A stretch of DNA of 10,978 nt from an uncultured bacterium (lineage in GTDB: Bacteria; Krumholzibacteriota; Krumholzibacteriia; Krumholzibacteriales; Krumholzibacteriaceae). Of the stretch, positions 6,540 through 10,978 are shown piece by piece (the first letter of the stretch is position 1; the number at the start of each line of letters is the position of its first letter). The position numbers and the translations under genes were made by a program. The stretch covers positions 1 through 10,978 of the forward strand of contig CBDUYR010000072.1 of the NCBI GenBank assembly GCA_965371515.1, written 5' to 3'. Below the pieces are notes generated by a model. It was not told the origin of the DNA and did no database searches. It worked only from the letters and a program-made list of their open reading frames with translations.

Positions 6540-9500
6540 ATGAATGTAAAGAACGGCATAAGGAAGACACTGAAGATACTGGCTGCAGCCGCGGGCCTGC
6601 TGCTCGCCGTTGTGATCATCATCGTACTGCTGCTGCTCGTGCGGCCGGTGCGTGAGAAGGTGCTCGATATCGCGCTCTCGAAGGCGGGACAGGCTCTCCC
6701 TGGTGAGCTTACCGTATCAGAGACCCGCTGGCCCTCCCCCGGCACCCTCGAGATCGACGGAGTGACATGGACAGACGGCGCCGACACCCTCGCCGAGGCA
6801 GGCCGGCTTGCGGTGTCGGTCGATATCTCCGAACTCTTCTCGAGGGATATCCATGTCAATGAGGTGGTGCTTCGCGGTATAGGCGCGGACATCCCGGCTA
6901 TAACAAAGATCTTCGCATCATTGGCGGACAGCGCCGACACTCCGGACAGACCAGCAGATGAAGATAGATCTGAAGGAGGCGGACTCCCTCGTGCAGGAGC
7001 GCTCCCCGGGATCCCCTCGATCGCCGTCGACAGGATCGAGATCGAAGGACAGCATATCCTCGCCGCCGAAGGCATCGAACTTGTCGGCCTGCGACTGATC
7101 GGGGAGCTGGACCTTCTCTCCGGATCCGAACCGTTTATCGAGATCGAAGAGCTCTCCCTCGACAGATCCAGCACGCCATTATCGGTCGACAGCCTCTGGC
7201 TGAAGGCTGACCTGGCCGCCTCGTCACTAGCCGGCGAGGGCGTCATCCTGCTGCCCCACGATATAAATGCCCGCATGACATGCCGTACGGAATCTGACAG
7301 TTCGTTCACCCTCCGAATCGTCCCGGCTGACGGCCCGTTGACATCGACCGACGCATTCGTATCGATAGGCGGCATCGCCGAAGTCGTGGACCGCAGCATC
7401 AGGTCGGTCGATCTCGAGATCGAGTTTCTCACTCCGGGGACCGAAGAACTGGCAACTTTCCCCTTCCTTGCCGGATCGCTCGAGGGAATCGGTCCGCTGG
7501 AAGGGGCCCGCGGCAGCATCACTGGACACCTTGCCCTGTCCCCTTCTTTCTCGGTATCCGCAGATATGCATCTGAACCGAACCTCCTATATCGACACACT
7601 CCATCTCACCGGTGCATACGAGGATAAAAAAATAGAAGTCGAAGAGCTGCTTCTTGCGATGCCCGGACTCTCGCTGAGCGCCTCCGGGTCACTGATCGAT
7701 GGCGTCCCCGGCATGTCGGCGCAGGTGAGGGCGGACAGTATGACATGGCTGACGCGCATCATTCCCGGCGCGGCTCTCCCTGCGGGGACCTCCGCCAGGC
7801 TCACACTCGAAATGGGTGACAGCGGCGGAGCCGGCGGAATACCGGTGCTCCTCGAGGGACATGTCACGGCGGGTGGCACTTCGATAGATTCTATCAATGT
7901 CTCGGGATTTATTCCCGCAGAGAGCGGCGATCCATATACGGCAGATCTCCTGGTAGAGACTTTCGGTATAAGGATCGTTACGAGCGTCGTCGCCGATCTC
8001 TCCTCCGGCGTTGATGTGACACTTTCCCGTACGGCCGGGACAGGGACCGATTCGGTAACGGTATATCTCGCCGGAAACGTGCGCATGGACGGTGGGACCG
8101 GCGATATCGCGATTCGCGATCTTCATACGGAAGGGATGTTCGGACGGATCTCGGTCAACGCGGATATCGACTCATCGCGAAGCGGCCGCTTCGACATTCT
8201 CGGAGAGTGGCCTGCGCCTCCAGCTCCGTTGAAAACGATACTCAGAGCCGATTCCTCCTCATGGGACTCCATGATGGTCCTCTGGAGGACCGACGGCCCG
8301 TTTTCACTGCGAATCGGCGGAACCTTCGCGCAGGAGGGCCGTGAGATATCTGCGTCCGGCTCCGCCCTGCTTCCGGGCCCGCGCCTTCTCGCACCGCTTA
8401 CCGCTGCGGGAGATGCCTTCCGAGACCTCGGTCCATTGATGATCGACTTCTCGGCGAACGTGGCGCCGAAAGACAGCGGCAGCTCGATCGTAGGGCGCCT
8501 CGACCTCGGCAGAACGGAATGGATCGATACCGCCCTTGTCTCGATTGAAAGCGGAAGCGGCGGCCTGACCGTCGACACAGCACTGGTCGTATTCGAGGGA
8601 CTGAGGATCTCGGTTCAAGGTGGGATCACTGGAGACATGATCGATCTGGCGGCTGCCGTATCCCTCGCCGATTCCCTCCTCGTCCAGAGGCTGGGACGAC
8701 TGGCAGGCAGAAGCGTCAGCATGACGCTCGACGCGGATTGTATCGTCGCCGGAACGAAGGATGACCCGGCTGTATCGATCGGGATCGACGGCCGGCTATC
8801 GACCGAGGACCTGGTAATCCCGCAATTCTCCGGAACTGCCGAAAGGAACGACGGGATCACGAACGCCGACCTGTTCATGCCCGAGGGGCTCCACACAAAC
8901 GCCGTCGTCTTCGACAGCGTCAGGGCCTCATACACAGACTCCGTTAATACCGGTGAATCGGCCGGCGCCGCGGTGAGACTGGAGGCTGACGGCACTGACA
9001 CCAATATCCTTCTCGCTTTCAGGGTGCCGCAGGGAGATGGATTCTCCGTTCTGGCCGACACATTCTTTATTGCCTTATCCGGCCAGACGCTGGCTTCGAC
9101 AGGACCTTTCACGATATCCACGCTTGCGGGAGGCGGAGTCATCGTCGACGGGCTTTCTCTCGAGGGAAGTATTGGAAGTATAAGGGCGAACGGAATCGCA
9201 TCCCCCGACTCGGCGGACCTGGAAGCCCATATCGAGATCGCCGTTCCCGAAAAGCCCGAGATGATCAAGGTGGCCGAACGCCTCTGGCCCAACAGCGTAA
9301 CCATCGACATCCGTGCTGAAGGCCCTTCCAGAGTGGCTGCGGATGGTATGATAAGCGGAATAACAATCAGCGACGGCACGAAGACCGTGATCGGCTTCAC
9401 CATGTCTTCCGACACTCTTGCCCTTCAGGCATCACTGAATATCAAGGGGCCGGAGAAGACGATCCTCTCTCTCGAAGGCAGCCTTCCTCCCCTGCAGGAG

Positions 9501-10978
9501 GACGGCTCTCTCACGGACGGCCCCCTGTTGATCGACCTTGCTCTGGATAGAGTGCCGGTGCCGGGCGACGTTAACTCTTTCATTTCAGACAACCCGAGAC
9601 AGATCGGATCGTTGAGCGGCCGGATCGCGGTGCGGGGCACCCTTTCCGATCCCGAGGCAGTCGTTCTGCTCGACTGTTCTTTCATCGGCGGCGAGGAACT
9701 GGAGAAGTACCTGTTGTCGATCGATGGAACGTACGCACGGGGGACGGTATCGGATACCGCTCTTACACGGCTCATGAGCGCTAGGAAAGGAAAGGAAGCG
9801 CAGGCCGCTGCCAGCACCCGTTCTTCCGGCCTGTCGGCCGGTCTCTTACTCACGAAATCAAAACAGGATGTTTTTACCGGCGTTTTCGAATACCCGCTGA
9901 ATGTAACGCTGGCACCGTTCACATTCGATCACCCCGAGAGCGGGGAGATGCTGATGGAGGTCAAGTCGGAGGAGCTGCCCCTCACCGACTTCGATCCACT
10001 GCTGCCACCCGATATAAACCTGGAGGGTATCGTAGAGATCGAATTCAAAGCAGCCGGAAATGTCCGCAATCCCGGTTTCGACGGAAGGCTCGAGACAAAA
10101 GGCATGTCCATCGCGGTTGCCAACAACCTTCAGGCCTCCCCGACAGTAGCCCTCGAATTCGGTGGCGACCTCGCCAGACCGTCCGTAAAGGGAAATATTA
10201 TCATCGAGCGCGCGCTGCTTCGCCTCCCAGAGAGGAAGGAGAGTCTACACGACGTCGATGGCGATGCTATCCTCTGGGAGGCAGCCGACTCCTTCCATGT
10301 CGCGTCCGACACCACCTCGGCAGGAATCGCCAAAACAGACACCTCGGGAACCGGGGAACCGAAGGCCCTCGAGGGAATGGATATCGACGTGACCATCTCC
10401 ATCCCCAACTCCTTCCGGATTGAGAGTGAACGACTCAACCTCGAGCTGGAAGGCAACCTCCGTATCCGGCAGCAGGGAGACCGGCCGATCATCACCGGTG
10501 AGCTCAAACCGACGAAGGGCCGGCTCACTTTCATGGGAAGGTACTTCGAAATCCAGCGTGGAAGCGTCTTCTTCTACGGCGGGGACGAGATGAATCCCTC
10601 GTTCGACCTGAGCCTGAAGGCCAGGGTGACCGACGTCGATATTTTCATCAAACTCACGGGGACAGCCCTTGAGCCTGAGGTAGAGCTCACATCCAATCCT
10701 TCCAGGTCGGAGAGCGATATCATGTCCCTCCTGCTCTTCGGCCGTTCGATGAACGACCTGGACAGTTCGCAGTCGAACCTGCTGCAGCAGCGCACCGCCG
10801 AGATCCTTATGGTCTTCGGCGCATCGAAGCTCGAAGGGGAGATGTCGAGAAGACTCGGCGTGGATATGTTCACCTTCCAGCAGAGCACCAGGGATCCGAA
10901 CCAGACGGCCCTGACCGTGGGCAAGTACATCAGTAACAAAACGATGCTGAAGTACGAGCAGGGACTGGAAAACTCGAC
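6540..10978 (+). CDS. tamB: TamB/AsmA-like translocation and assembly module protein (DUF490 C-terminus), more than 1479 aa, 3'-partial
   Basis: Missing from the ORF track because no stop occurs in the window. ATG 6540 gives MNVKNGIRKTLKILAAAAGLLLAVVIIIVLLLLVRP (signal anchor), then long alternating beta-strand sequence. The same frame ends with DUF490-type motifs LELEGNLRI, GRLTFMGRYFEIQRGSVFFYG...NPSFDL, LTGTALEPEVELTSNP..SESDIMSLLLFG, LGVD and LTVGKYIS.K..LKYEQG. Confidence 0.92.
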   Translation, partial: MNVKNGIRKTLKILAAAAGLLLAVVIIIVLLLLVRPVREKVLDIALSKAGQALPGELTVSETRWPSPGTLEIDGVTWTDGADTLAEAGRLAVSVDISELFSRDIHVNEVVLRGIGADIPAITKIFASLADSADTPDRPADEDRSEGGGLPRAGALPGIPSIAVDRIEIEGQHILAAEGIELVGLRLIGELDLLSGSEPFIEIEELSLDRSSTPLSVDSLWLKADLAASSLAGEGVILLPHDINARMTCRTESDSSFTLRIVPADGPLTSTDAFVSIGGIAEVVDRSIRSVDLEIEFLTPGTEELATFPFLAGSLEGIGPLEGARGSITGHLALSPSFSVSADMHLNRTSYIDTLHLTGAYEDKKIEVEELLLAMPGLSLSASGSLIDGVPGMSAQVRADSMTWLTRIIPGAALPAGTSARLTLEMGDSGGAGGIPVLLEGHVTAGGTSIDSINVSGFIPAESGDPYTADLLVETFGIRIVTSVVADLSSGVDVTLSRTAGTGTDSVTVYLAGNVRMDGGTGDIAIRDLHTEGMFGRISVNADIDSSRSGRFDILGEWPAPPAPLKTILRADSSSWDSMMVLWRTDGPFSLRIGGTFAQEGREISASGSALLPGPRLLAPLTAAGDAFRDLGPLMIDFSANVAPKDSGSSIVGRLDLGRTEWIDTALVSIESGSGGLTVDTALVVFEGLRISVQGGITGDMIDLAAAVSLADSLLVQRLGRLAGRSVSMTLDADCIVAGTKDDPAVSIGIDGRLSTEDLVIPQFSGTAERNDGITNADLFMPEGLHTNAVVFDSVRASYTDSVNTGESAGAAVRLEADGTDTNILLAFRVPQGDGFSVLADTFFIALSGQTLASTGPFTISTLAGGGVIVDGLSLEGSIGSIRANGIASPDSADLEAHIEIAVPEKPEMIKVAERLWPNSVTIDIRAEGPSRVAADGMISGITISDGTKTVIGFTMSSDTLALQASLNIKGPEKTILSLEGSLPPLQEDGSLTDGPLLIDLALDRVPVPGDVNSFISDNPRQIGSLSGRIAVRGTLSDPEAVVLLDCSFIGGEELEKYLLSIDGTYARGTVSDTALTRLMSARKGKEAQAAASTRSSGLSAGLLLTKSKQDVFTGVFEYPLNVTLAPFTFDHPESGEMLMEVKSEELPLTDFDPLLPPDINLEGIVEIEFKAAGNVRNPGFDGRLETKGMSIAVANNLQASPTVALEFGGDLARPSVKGNIIIERALLRLPERKESLHDVDGDAILWEAADSFHVASDTTSAGIAKTDTSGTGEPKALEGMDIDVTISIPNSFRIESERLNLELEGNLRIRQQGDRPIITGELKPTKGRLTFMGRYFEIQRGSVFFYGGDEMNPSFDLSLKARVTDVDIFIKLTGTALEPEVELTSNPSRSESDIMSLLLFGRSMNDLDSSQSNLLQQRTAEILMVFGASKLEGEMSRRLGVDMFTFQQSTRDPNQTALTVGKYISNKTMLKYEQGLENS

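Noticed and set aside
6292..10939. Series of minus-strand ORFs (e.g. 6416-7522, 8615-9415, 9425-9922)
   Set aside because: Ser/Pro/Arg-rich antisense shadows of the continuous plus-strand tamB frame, with no recognisable motifs.

Overview
Bacterial genomic DNA, GC-rich, from a diderm organism. An FCB-group-like lineage is an inference only. The minus strand carries, in transcription order: (i) a two-gene unit of an AhpD/CMD-like CxxC protein and an ArsS-type radical SAM protein; (ii) a multi-pass membrane protein of unknown function with a sigma54-like promoter and its own terminator; (iii) a lipoprotein with Ig-like, IPT/TIG and TolB-like beta-propeller domains. The plus strand, transcribed divergently, carries a TamA-like Omp85 gene and a TamB (DUF490) gene of more than 1479 codons that runs off the window and is missing from the ORF track. 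The main hidden signal is that the apparent stop of the radical SAM ORF (TGA 3279-3281) is very probably selenocysteine. It sits at the family's C-terminal Cys/Sec position and is followed by a SECIS-like hairpin that contains the true stop and also looks like an intrinsic terminator. The protein family itself is already described, so I do not claim a wholly new system. No mobile elements, CRISPR arrays, rRNA or tRNA genes were seen.
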